Below are positions 14,268 through 25,515 of a stretch of DNA of 64,000 nt, in pieces. Numbering within the stretch: the stretch's first letter is position 1; every line of letters starts with the position of its first letter. The translations under genes were made by a program, and so were the position numbers. Source of the stretch: Chiloscyllium plagiosum (lineage: Eukaryota); assembly GCF_004010195.1 (NCBI RefSeq), contig NC_057718.1, positions 98,625,646-98,689,645 of the forward strand, read 5' to 3'. The notes beneath the pieces are model-generated. The model saw nothing but the letters and a program-made list of their open reading frames with translations, did no database searches and was not told the origin of the DNA.

Positions 14268-14277
14268 CCCCCCTTTT
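14268..14277 (-). promoter_or_regulatory. Polypurine tract
   Basis: AAAAGGGGGG followed by AC|TG at the LTR start, the canonical retroviral arrangement. Confidence 0.88.
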
Positions 14278-14401
14278 AGGCAAGGGGTTGGACACGTGGA
14301 CACCCCCGATGCCGATATTTTAAAAGTCGGCTCCTCACCTGGTACATTCCGCCAGCCGTCATGCTGCAGTCATGGGGCCTTTGGATAGTCCTGGGAGATG
14401 G

Positions 14402-16521
14402 TCACATTAACTTAAGCCCTGTGAGCTCACGGTGCCTGATCGCCCGCCAGGAGTCGATGGCGTGGAGCATGGTCTTCCTGGCTTTTCGTTTTTTGTGCTG
14501 GCAGCATGAATGACACGCCAGCAGGAGACAGGCCAGAGCCAGTAGTACCTGCATGCCTACAATGGTGTGCGAGATGATTCGGATCCAGGGATGGATGTTT
14601 ACGTTCAAGCCCCAATCCCACACCCTCTGTGCCCACCCCTGCGACTGCAGAGCTGTGTCTGTGTCCTCCTCTAGGTCCTTTACATGCGACTGCAACTAAT
14701 GATACAATTTCACTGAGTGTCCTATCCGGGTCCTAAGCTCCCATAAGACCTCAGCCAAATGTGGGATGAGGGCTTGTTCAGGCTCCTGATATTCCCTGAG
14801 GGCGTCCCTGAATTTATCAGTGGTTTGTAGGACTCGGGGTTCCGTCGTCAGACCTCTGAGATGTGAACTTGCCCAACCGTGACTGGGCGCCTGGGGGTGA
14901 AGCAGAACTTGTGCTGGGGAATCGGGCACTGCAGTCCATTATACCAAAATGAGGTTTCAAGAGTGGAGACACAATATCGTCCCGCCCCCCACCATACCCC
15001 ACCCTAGTGAAGTGGGGGCCCGTGGGTTCGATTTCAAGGGTGCAGCCCTGTGTCCGGTTGAACCCGCAGTCCGCTGTTTCACTCCTTCGTAAGGGGTGAG
15101 GGCAGATGGTAATTGCCCCCTGCTGCTTGCAGCCTGTAAGCGGCACCCCGTACACAGCGCCGTTTCGAGATATGGCTGTGTGGTGAGTTAATCGATATTT
15201 GAGGGAAGTGTTTTCCCGTATGACTCCGATGTTCTCATGTGAAACAGGGGAAATGGCCCCGACTTTAGGGTGACCACGGGGATCAGGACAATCCCGACTC
15301 CTGTCGCCTCACTGACCTCAAAGTCGGGCATCACTGTGTATACTCTGGTCATACCCTTCAGAGTCCAGCTGTCGAGCGGCCCGGAGCGCCCCGCGAGTGA
15401 AGCCAGTTTGGCACTGTCGATCCAGTCGGGCACCTCCCCCCTTTGGACCTGGTCAAGATTATGCCGGACCTGGGCTACCATCCACAGGCCATACGCATGG
15501 CACAGCTGTCCCTCGTGGATATGGGCCGTGTTTTCCCTTTCCCGGTCTATAAGGCGGTTAATGGTGTGGGCGTGTGTCTCCGGGACTGCAATGCCGTCGA
15601 GCTGGGTGTATGCTCCCTCTTCCCCCAGGCTTGCCTGGTCTGCCTGATTTGTGAGAGACCTCTGTATCAGGTCCCTCATTACTCCTTTTAGTTGCTCGAC
15701 CTTTTCGTTAAGGCCCTGGATGTCTAGGGAGTTTACTAGGGATGTCCCCGTGTTGAGTCCTGTGAGAGCATCATTGACTATGTCCCGTCTGTGTCATTGT
15801 TTGTGCGTGTTATGTATATCATTTCAGTAGTGGGTTGCCCCCATGGCGTCTATGGCCCTCTCTATAATCTCCTTCCTCATCATGGCGTATAGGTTGCGTA
15901 CCTGTGCTGTGCAATAGTCCAGTACCCGGATGCCCAATATATTGACCAGCACAGGCACGACCTCGTGTCGGACATTGTCATAAAGGGTCTCTGCCTCATC
16001 CCACAATACCAGTCCCCCCGCGGGCCCCGGTCCAAGAGAGGGGCATGGCAATATCTCGGGAGCCGTGGTCGGGGGCGGTGTGGTCGGGGCGGGTGGAAAG
16101 CACAACTACAAAGAGACTACTGCAGCATTAGTAGGCTCGTAATATCCGCAAACAGACAGATCCCGTACAGTAAAGGCATCAAAGGCCGGGGCAGAGGAGA
16201 GGTCCTCTGGGATGGCACACATTGTCCCGAACATGCAACCCCCAAGTCCATTGCCTCAGCACGCCGGAGGCAGGTCGGCCGCGGGTTGCGCTCCGACGTG
16301 CAGAATAAACAGAGTGTCTATACGCCCGGGAGAACTTCCAGCCAGGCGTTGTAGAACGCGTCGATCACATCGGGCTTGTCCTTTGCAGGAATACAGATGG
16401 CGTCGGACGCGTTGAAGGCAATACCGTGGTGGTAGAAGTTGTCATATATTTCGGGGAAGGAAGGCACTAGTCGTAGGGCGAAGAGGAGAGCAGGGAGGAG
16501 AGCGGTACACCGGTGAAGCAT
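14402..16521 (-). pseudogene. env: env (class I fusion protein), with several stops and frameshifts
   Basis: Signal peptide MLHRCTALLPALLFALRLVPS; Pro/Thr stalk; furin-like site [*]HRR|DIVNDALTGLNTGTSLVNSL; heptad repeat; Cys-rich ectodomain; Trp-rich juxtamembrane segment; TM IISHTIVGMQVLLALACLLLAC; basic tail KKRKARK. Confidence 0.88.
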
Positions 16522-16690
16522 GATCTGTGGGAAGAGAGGGAGAGAGGCACCCTTACCAAGTGTGTAGGGTTAGTGTATGTAGGAGCAGGTCTCCCTGGAA
16601 CCGGTCCACCCGTTGCACTGTAAGGAGAAAGAGGGGCGGTTAGAGTCAAGTCAAAAGGGGGGGGGGAGGTGGAGTCTGTCCGGTCGGGAC

Positions 16691-17341
16691 TTAAGGGTAG
16701 GGCTTAAGCTGGGACCAATGTTTCCACCTGCCCTTTCCCTTCATGTCGACACAGGCGCACGTGTCGCTGGTGAGGATGATTTCGTGCGGTCCCAGCCACC
16801 GGGGGGGGCGAAGCCAGGCCGGTCGGGGGCGGCCCTGACCAGGACTTTGTCCCCAACGCCGGGAAGGGGTGGGGCGGGCAGATGCGGCTGCAGTTTTGCC
16901 TGGTCCCTAATGTCCTGCTGGTCGCGCGCGGTTTGTCTAAGGGCCCGCAGCTGCGTGTCCAGCTGCCTGATATAGCGCATCACGGGCGGCACGGTGGCAC
17001 AGTGGTTAGCACTGCTGCCTCACAGCGCCAGAGACACGGGTTCATTTCCCGCCTCAGGCGACTGACCGGCCCTCCCTGTCATGAGCTCGAAGGGAGTGAG
17101 GCCAGTGGAGCGGCCTGGGTGGCCCTTAAGCGCATCAGTATGCAGGGCAGAACGTCTACCCAGCCCTGCCCTGTTTCGGCGATCGCCTTTGCGATCGCTG
17201 CTATGAGGTCCGGTTCATGCACTCGACCATCCCGGAGCTCTGGGGATGGAACGGGACGTGGAAGCGCTGTCTGATGCCTAGGAGGCGGCAGGCCAGTTTC
17301 ATTGCGCGTCCGGTGAAGTGCGTGCCCTGGTCTGAATCTAA
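16691..17341 (-). pseudogene. pol: pol: integrase core and C-terminal domain (frameshifted, interrupted by a SINE head)
   Basis: Manual translation DSDQGTHFTG...HVPFHPQSSGMVE (D-35-E spacing), W-x-x-x-LP...RATPGRSTGLTPFELMTGR, VGDKVLV...RWLGPHEI...WKHWSQLKPYP*. Confidence 0.92.
16984..17065 (+). mobile_element. tRNA-derived SINE 5' head only, inside the integrase
   Basis: gggcggcacggtggcacagtggttagcactgctgcctcacagcgcc...cgcctcaggcgactgac matches the heads of the SINEs at 1-305 and 25516-25811. Confidence 0.9.
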
Positions 17342-17344
17342 ACA

Positions 17345-18070
17345 TTTTGAATTGACCTGCAGGGTCCAAGGCTTTTTATAAAGTGAAAGGTTAGGGTTTC
17401 TTCTACTCTTTGTGTGAAGAAATGATTTCTGACATTATCCTTTTGTTGTCTGGCTTTAATTTTACACAGTCTTTCTCTTGATTCTCCTGCCAGAGGAAAT
17501 CGTTTCTCTCTGTCTGCCCTTTCAACTCTTTTAGTTATCTTAAACAATCCAATTAAATCACCCTTCATCACCTTCATTGTATGGAGTATTTGGGTCTAAT
17601 CAATGTGGAATTCATGCTCAAATTCTAATTGTTCTGTCATATTTTTGCCAATAGTCTTCCTTTCCAGCAGTTTCCTGGACATTATCTCCCCAGTTGAAAC
17701 TTTATTGCTGGAACAGCACAGCAGGTCAGGCAGCATCCAGGGAACAGGAGATTCGATGTTTCGGGCACAGGCCCTTCTTCAGGCCCTTCTTCAGGCACAG
17801 GCTTCTCCCCAGCTCAAGTTAAGCAAATCTTGCAGCCTCATTTTAAATCCTTAAAAATTTGGCCTTTCCAATTTGAGCATGAGGTTCCATCTGCATTCCC
17901 GCAAGGTAAACATAGAAATTTGTTCTTGTTAACTTTGCTATTTGGCTTCCTCTTCGATTCTGGCAGATTAACTTGCGAACTTTCTGGGATGTCTTTTGGA
18001 AAGCCAATAACCTAGTCCTACAAATGGCTTTGTCAAGGTCAATCTCCATGGCAGCATGAATCATATGAGT
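17345..18070 (-). mobile_element. Highly decayed CR1 ORF2 relics inside the provirus
   Basis: KGDLIGLFKITKRVER...NHFFTQRV motif, plus a degenerate (D)FQKAFDKV-like stretch near 17980; short Penelope-type piece at 17705-17800. Confidence 0.65.
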
Positions 18071-18469
18071 CTTCTTGTATCCAGCCAGATAGAAATGTTC
18101 ATTAGCTAACCTTTAGTTTCCAACTATTGGACTCAAGTATCTAATTTAAAGCAAAAAAAAAATCATAGTCTGGCATTCTCAATACCTGAGACTTGTCGAC
18201 TAACAGTCTATTCACTTTGAACACAATCTACCATTGTCTACAAGTGTGAATACCTTCCCATGAAAACAACTAAGGAACACCTTTAATCTTAACAATCCAG
18301 TTTGCTGTCAGTGAAATTCAGATCTGCCTCTATGTTACCCTAATTTACTGACAGCCCCAAAATGTAACCATCTTGTAAAAATAATTGTTTGGTTGTACTG
18401 AACTTAAAACATGTCTAAAAAGAGACATAAGGTTGAAACTTTTTGGCTTGCACTCATCAGGATTGAAAT

Positions 18470-18569
18470 GAAGCATAGCCTTAATAAGTTTCTTATTCTT
18501 GTCGGCTATAAAACGGGTAAGGGAACCCTCTGGCCCCCAATCTAAGTCTTCGGCCGTGCTCCCACCCAT
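18470..18569 (-). pseudogene. gag: Probable gag N-terminus (truncated after ~30 codons)
   Basis: ATG-Gly start MGGSTAEDLDWGPEGSLTRFIADKNKKLIKA at the end of a GC-rich leader, downstream of a splice-donor-like GCG|GTGAGA (18797). Confidence 0.5.
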
Positions 18570-18878
18570 GGTAGGGGCGCAGCGGGTGTAACTTAACAGA
18601 AGCTAATTTAAAGTAAAGCTAGCAGGCGTGCTAAGGGATGTTGCTGGCACTGGCTTATTAATCTCCCAGTCGGGGAGCCCACTCCCTGTAAGTTGAACCC
18701 TAGCCCCGCGGGTCAACCTGGGCAGGGGGGGGATAGTTACAGGCGCGTGTCGATTCCTGAGCGCGCAACCCCGGGTTTCCGTGAGTCTCTCTCTCACCGC
18801 TTGACATTCAGCGGCCGTGTGTACCCCACAAACACTGGGCGTGAACCAGGGGCCCGAGTGCAAGGGGAGGGGGCGTGA

Positions 18879-19002
18879 AGCTGCTGAGTTCTGTGGGTTT
18901 AAAGCTGCGACTGCTGTTTAAAACACAAAATGAATTCCTATAGTTTCCTGATGTAGGCATAGTCCCGTGGCAAAAGCAGGGCGGCTCTGATGCCCACTTG
19001 CA
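18879..19002 (-). repeat. 5' LTR remnant (first 124 bp of U3; rest of LTR and PBS deleted)
   Basis: Matches 14142-14265 with 4 substitutions. Confidence 0.9.
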
Positions 19003-19712
19003 GGTCTCTGCAGTTTCAACTAAACGTGATGGACTATAACCTAGTGTCGAGTGACTTTGACCTCATCCTTCCCTAAAGGACATTAGTGAATCAGATGGGT
19101 TTTCTTTTCGCAGCAATCAAAAATGAATTCATGGTTATCATTTGACTCTTAATTCCACATTTTTCTTTTATATTTTAAACTGCTTCTCTGAGACTGACTC
19201 TGGTTGGAGTTCTTAAATAAGTAGATATGTCCATTGGCACCAATGGGCCCTGATTGCTATTTTATCCTGTGGATTGTGGATATGGTGGGGCTGTTCTGAT
19301 TTTCGCAAGCAGCCTGCCCAGCAAAAAGAGTAGTCAAGGCTATAAAAAGCTTAAGAACATTTCAAGTGGTTTTTTAAACCATTCGTTATGCATTCAGGAG
19401 AGCTCAGGAACACAATACACAGAGGAACCGCCATTATCCTGCATTTGATTATCCGAATTTCAGATTATCCAAACAAGATCGCAGGATCCAAATGCTTGGC
19501 TAAACTACGTTATCCCGCATTCGATCATCCGGCATTCGATTAACTGAACAAAATACTCCCCTTTGAATAATCGAGGTTCCTCTATATAAGTCTCACCTGT
19601 CGCGTGCTTCTCCTTTCCCCCGTTGCAAGGCATCTCTGAACTCCTCACAGTCACTAATTTGTTGGACTCTGCAAGTCAGGCATAGGATTATACTGGCATC
19701 AAACATAAAAAT

Positions 19713-20476
19713 AGGAGAAAGTGAGGACTGCAGATGCTGGAGATCAGAGCTGAAAAATGTGTTGCTGGAAAAGCGCAGCAGGTCAGGCAGCATCCAAGTA
19801 ACAGGAGAATCGACGTTTCGGGCATAAGCCCTTCTTCAGGAATGAGGAAGGTGTGCCAAGCAGGCCAAGATAAAAAGTAGGAAGGAGGGACTTGGGGAAG
19901 GGGCGTTGGGAATTCGATAGGTGGAAGGAGGTTAAGGTGAGGATGATAAGCCAGAGAGGGGGTAGGGGCGGAGAGGTCGGGAAGAAGATTGAAGGTCAAA
20001 AAGGCGGTGCTGAATCCGAGGGTTGGGACTGAGATAAGATGGGGTGAGGGGAAATGAGGAAGCTGGAGAAATCTGCATTCATGCCTTGTGGTTGGAGGTT
20101 TCTAGGTGGAAGATGAGGCGCTCTTCCTCCAGGCGTCGTGTTGCCATGGTCTGGCGATAGAGGAGTCCTTGGCGGAGTGGGAGGGGGAGTTAAAGTGTTC
20201 TGCCACGGGGCGGTTGGTTTGGTTGGTGCAGGTGTCCCAGAGGTGTTCTCTGAAACATTCCGCAAGTCTCCCCAATGTAGAAGAGGCCACATCGGGTGCA
20301 GCGGATGCAGTAAATGATGTGTGTGGTGGTGCAGGTGAATTTGTGATGGATATGGAAGGATCCCTTGGGGCCTTGGAGGGAAGTGAGGGAGGAGGTGTGG
20401 GCGCAAGTTTTGCATTTTTGCAGTTGCAAGGGAAGGTGCCGGGAGTGGAGGTTGGGTTAGTGGGGGGTGTGGACCT
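19713..20476 (-). mobile_element. Penelope-like element 3' part (GIY-YIG endonuclease plus terminal repeat)
   Basis: CKTCAHTSSLTSLQGPKGSFHIHHKFTCTTTHIIYCIRCTRCGLFYIGET. Confidence 0.88.
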
Positions 20477-20596
20477 TAACTCCTTCTCCTCATATCCTTT
20501 GATCCCTTTCATCCTAAGAACTATCTCCTTCTTGAAAACATGTAATGTTTTAGCCTCAACTGCTCTCTGTGGCAGAGAATTTCACAGTCTCACCAC

Positions 20597-21255
20597 TGTG
20601 ACAATGCTGCTCCTTTAACAAGGTTATATTGTCCTTGGTCTTTTATCAGAGGGGTCAGAAATGCAAATACTCTGGGAGCTCTAGTTTTGATGAATTTTAG
20701 GGTCAATTTGATTATAGCTAACAGATACCACATCAGGCAAAAAGCTTTCAAATTTCAAAAAATAACTTGTACAATGAAAGGGAAGTGGCCAGTTCTCCCA
20801 GCTCAGCTTTTCTCTTATTTTGTTTGGTTTTAGCAATCTGGCTGTTCAGAGCAAGCAGTCAGGCAGTTGTGAAGCTGCTGGATCCAAAGAAGCAGGTCCG
20901 TGCTGATCCTCCCTCTCTCTAACATCTCTCTCTCTAAGACCCTGTGTTTCATTTTACATTTTTTTGCCAAGGGGTGTTTATGGGGATTGTTGCAAGAATT
21001 TGTAACAGCAATGTTAAATTGAGATAATCAGTTGGGTTTTCGGATAGTTTAAGTTATTCGGTATTCTGTTGTCTTTTGTTTGTGTTTCATTCGGTAATCT
21101 TGCACATAAATTCTGTTCTGTTTAAAATGAAGTAGTTAGGCTAGCTGCATCACTCCTGGAATATCCACTGTACACCTGCTTAAAACAACTAGCAAAGTTA
21201 GGGTCCGGACAATTTTCTTGAAATGTTTTGAGGGGGTCTGGCCTGATCCATAACA
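20597..21255 (+). mobile_element. Solo LTR inserted in a CR1 fragment
   Basis: TGTGA...TAACA termini; 4-bp TSD ccac; homologous to 49237-49855. Confidence 0.85.
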
Positions 21256-22419
21256 CCACATTCTTAGTGAAAATGTTCCTCCTCATCTCAGTCCGAAATG
21301 GTCCTTAGACTTTATCCTTAGACTGTGATCCTGGTTCTGGAGTCCTTGGTGATTGGAACACTTAACCAATCTAGTCCTGTTAGAATTTGATAGGTTTTTA
21401 TGAGATCCTTATCAAAGAACATCAAAAAGCTTACATTCACAAAAAGAGAAAATCAAGTGAGTTCTGAAGAAGCGTCAGACTGGATTCAAAACATGAGGTT
21501 CGCATTACATCATCATAACCATCTCCAAAATGACAGAAAATGCCCTGGGTATGGAGGTCAGTTGCCACTGCCATTTTGAGAGGACTAATGAACTTGTGCT
21601 TATTAATGACCTTGTTGTCAGAAATTCTCTGCTGCATTTCATAGAACATAGAACATAGAACAGTACAGCACAGAATAGGCCTGTGCATTAGCACCTGTAG
21701 TGAACAGCTATAGTGATACGAGAGCAGAGGAGCAGGTCCTGTCACTGGGACCTTGGCCGGGAGTAGTAGAGGATTCTGTGAGGCAAGGTTGCAGCATTGT
21801 GTGTTTCATTTGGAATTTATCTTTAAGCTTCTATTTTTAAGTCCTTGATTAAATTTACAGAGACATTCTGAGAGCAGGGTGTCATTAAGCCTGTTGCAAT
21901 GGTGTTTTGTGGCACTAACCTCCCCTTTAAATCAGTCACAATCCCCCATCAGATAGTCACTGACTGGCCATCTGATGCTTGATTGTGTGAGCTGGCATGT
22001 GAGTGGGAGTGAGTTGTCCTCTCCATTTCCATCTCACCTCCCACACTTCATTCACAATCACAAAATCCAATGTAATGTTTGTGGAACAATGATGTTACTA
22101 AACCCATCTATGTTTCGCAGCTTCAGCTGAACATATTGTGGGGAAGTACTGGGTGCAATGAAAGCCCCTGATCAGTAACTTGCCCATTAGTGGGTTAGAA
22201 GTCTAAATCTCAAGGAATATTGCTGACGTTGGCAGTGGCTTTAGCAATCGGTCACTAATGTGTGCGTTAGTCCACCTAGGAAATTCCATGTCACTGGTCC
22301 TGGATTCTGTGGGCCTATTAAAGAATAACAAAAAGATGGGGTACTGGGCTAATGGTCGGATACTTGTTCTATGTTCTATGTTCTATCCTAGAACCACATC
22401 GCCAACCACACGGGGATTC

Positions 22420-22700
22420 TGGGAAGTGGAATTGGTCCTTGGCCTTGAGATCACTGGCATTACTTTTTCTGATTTCTTTCCCATACTTCTTCTTGCCGAC
22501 GGGTGATCTCAAAGAATTGTATCAGGAGGTTCCTCCAAATCAGTTTCTTCTGAATGAGGGCCTCCCATGCATTGACATCTATGTTGTCTTTCCTGCAGGA
22601 AACCTTCATGGGGTCTTTGAAAGGCTTCCTTTGTCCTCCTCTCATTCGAGTGCCATCCTTGAGTGTTGCCAATGAACATTAATGTGCTGCTGTAAACCAT
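22420..22700 (-). mobile_element. RTE-clade LINE 3' fragment
   Basis: GTRMRGGQRKPFKDPMKVS...IDVNAWEAL motif typical of the RTE C-terminus. Confidence 0.6.
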
Positions 22701-23344
22701 CAAGAATGCCCATGGATAATTCTGGAGATTATTGTATACATGGGTTTCTCCAGTGTGGCAGAGGAGGAAGCTTCTACCTTTCCCAACTGTTTATCTTTTG
22801 AGTGACATTAATGTAGCAAGAGGTAGCAGGAAGCAATAGGTTTGGGGTGAGAAATAGACTGTGTATACTTTCTGCAATCACAAGTGTGTACTGCAGCTAA
22901 GAGACTTGGACATGAAATGACATGGTTGGATAATTTAACCAAGTATATTAGTTTGAATATGATTGGATAATATAATCATGTATCTTAGCTTGGATTTTTA
23001 ACTATACAAACACGGTTGGGTAGAGATAAGGGTGAGTAAATGTGTAACCTTCTGATTGGAAATTGCTATTTGTAAGAATAGTCAAATGGAAGCATTCTAT
23101 CTGCAGAATGTTATAAAATCTTTGTTCCTGCAATAATAATTTGAACTGTAGACCATTTTCTTGATGTTTACACATGCTTGTTTAAGCAAAGAAACCTATG
23201 TCTCATCTGGTCTATGAGGAAATAAAATGATAAAATCACCTTTTCACTGCTGTAGCAAGATAAAGACCTAACTATTCCATTCTATTTAAGAGTGTATTGG
23301 TTGAATGGTGTAAGTTCTTGTCTCACGTTTTAAAAAATTTATTT

Positions 23345-23940
23345 GTGGTATTTGGGCATTGCTGCCTGGCCAGCATTTATTGCCTGTCCCTAGTTACCCT
23401 TGAGAAGGAGGTGATGAGCTGCCTTCTTGAAGTGATTGAGTCCACCTGCTGTGGGTTGACCCACAATGCCATTAGGGAGGGAATTCCGGGATTTTGACCC
23501 AGTGACATTGAAAGAATGGTGATATATTTCCAAGTCAGGATGATAAGTGGCTTGGAGGGGAATTTGGAGGTCGTGGTGTTCCCATGTATTTGCTGCTTAA
23601 TTCCCTCTAGATGGAAGTCATCGTGGATTTAGGATGTGCTGTCTGAGGACCTTTGGTGAATTTCTGCAGTGCATCTGGTAGATAATAAACATTTCTGCTA
23701 CGGAGCATCGGTGGTGGAAGGAGTGGATGCTTGTGGATGTGATACTAATCCAGTGGGTTGCTTTGTCCTGGATGGTGTCAATCTTCTTGAGTGCCTTTGG
23801 AGCTGCACTCATCCAGGTAAGTGGGGAGTATTTCATCACAGTCCTGACTTGTGCCTTGTTGATCGTGGGACAAGCTTGGGTGAGTCAGATGAGTGTTCTT
23901 AGCCTCTGACCTGCTCTAATGGCCTCTGTGTTTATGTGGT
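23345..23940 (-). mobile_element. CR1/L2-type LINE 3' fragment
   Basis: MKYSPLTWMSAAPKALKKIDTIQDKA...SFHHRCSVA motif. Confidence 0.7.
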
Positions 23941-25515
23941 GAGTCCTATTGTGCTACAGGGTATGTTTCATGTCTGTTCCTTTCTCCACTTTTCTGTAGC
24001 ATCTTCAACTGCTGTCCATGTACAGAAATCGTTCCATGTACCATACCTGCATGCTTCTAGCATCAGATTTCATTGTGCACTGATCCCTACGAATTTGTAT
24101 GTGTCTTCCCATCAATGTTATGTATGGGTTCAACAGGATCTGGAGGACCTCTAATTTCTTCTTCATGAATAAAAAGCAGGACAAGGCAGAAATGCTGTAA
24201 GAGAATAAGCAAGGAATGCTGAAGTTTGATGGCACACTCTCATCCAGTGTGTTGTGCCATTCTTATTTCACTCCCTGCATAATGGTTTAAGTGTAGTTTA
24301 TATCTTCTTTTCCTTTAACTTTCTACATTGTAACCTGATGGGTTGAAGAGCTTTGCTTGCTGCTTTACCTGCTTGCAGTACCAAGGATCCACTGTAGAGG
24401 ATGCCATACTGGATTAGATGCTGACAGCAAATTTGGAATCTTTGCTTCCAGATAGCTCGTGGTTAGTCTCAAGATAATCTGTTTCTTTCCCATTCTTGGT
24501 CATTCACTCACTACAACCAAAAATAAACAGTAGGGGGCACTCAACTGCCACCAATGTAATATGATGTAATCTCAGCTTGAGATATCAAAAGATTCTGGTT
24601 TATCTAAGTAAGCAGCAGCAAGAATAAAGCCTATGGCCCAGATTTTGTTGTGTCATAGATAGTCTTTCAATGCTCACTGTTATTTCAGGGAAAATCTGAC
24701 ATCAATGCCTGACTTCTATAGTTCCATAAACAAAAATCTGAGCATCTGAGCAAGATTGGCTGGAATCTATACAAATACCTCTATAATTGCATGAATATGT
24801 GGTGATCACCCACCTGTATTGCCTGCAGGCTGATGACAATTTTAGGGTCTGTGCAATAAGGAGTATCTGAGCTGTCAACAGCATAATAAGTGAAAATAAT
24901 TTCTGACTAACCATTTTATAAGTTTGCACTCTCATTCACTCAGAAGCATCATTGTAATAGTGGCTGCTTGGTTTTGCCAATGTCCCATACCTGACCTGAG
25001 GTGTCACCTTTATTCTGATGAAACCTGAAGTAATCTTGGGGCAGTGAGTAATCTTGGCACCTCCATTCTAACTGAATAAAGACTTAATAGCCATCTAGGT
25101 TTGTCCAATATATTTGCATAAGTTGTATGACCCTCTGATCTTTTACTTATCAATACTGTTTCCGATGTATTCTCTCTCTCATTAAATGCCTGAGGATGGA
25201 GCAGGGGTCTGAAAGCTTGTGGCTCCAAATAAACCTGCTGGACTATAATCTGGTGTCATGTAATTTTTGACTTTGTCCACTCCAGTCCAACCCCAGCGGC
25301 TCCACATCATGACTCAGAAGAAAATCAATGCTGCAAAGTTGTACTCTCTTTTATTCACTCTAATCCAGCGTGTTGTGGCATTCTCATTTCACTCTTTGTC
25401 TAATGGCTTAAATGTAGTTTGTATTTCCTTTTTCTTTAACTTTCTATATTGTAGTCTGATAGATTGAAGAGTTTTGCTTGCTTCTTTACCTGCTTGCAGT
25501 GCTAAAGATCTCCTG

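Larger units (their letters stand above)
13546..19002 (-). mobile_element. Defective endogenous retrovirus (provirus) with F-like/foamy-like env
   Basis: Termini TGCAAG...CTAGCA on the minus strand; 4-bp TSD ggtc (13542-13545 and 19003-19006); PPT; paired LTR sequence; integrase and env remnants. Confidence 0.92.

Noticed and set aside
13552..14302. Alternative LTR boundaries (TGTGGA...GGACA after a G5 run)
   Set aside because: No TSD and no match to the 5' LTR end; 13546/14265 gives the TSD, a canonical PPT and inverted termini
15270..17274. Several plus-strand ORFs in the provirus (possible antisense genes)
   Set aside because: GC-rich shadows of env and pol with no independent support
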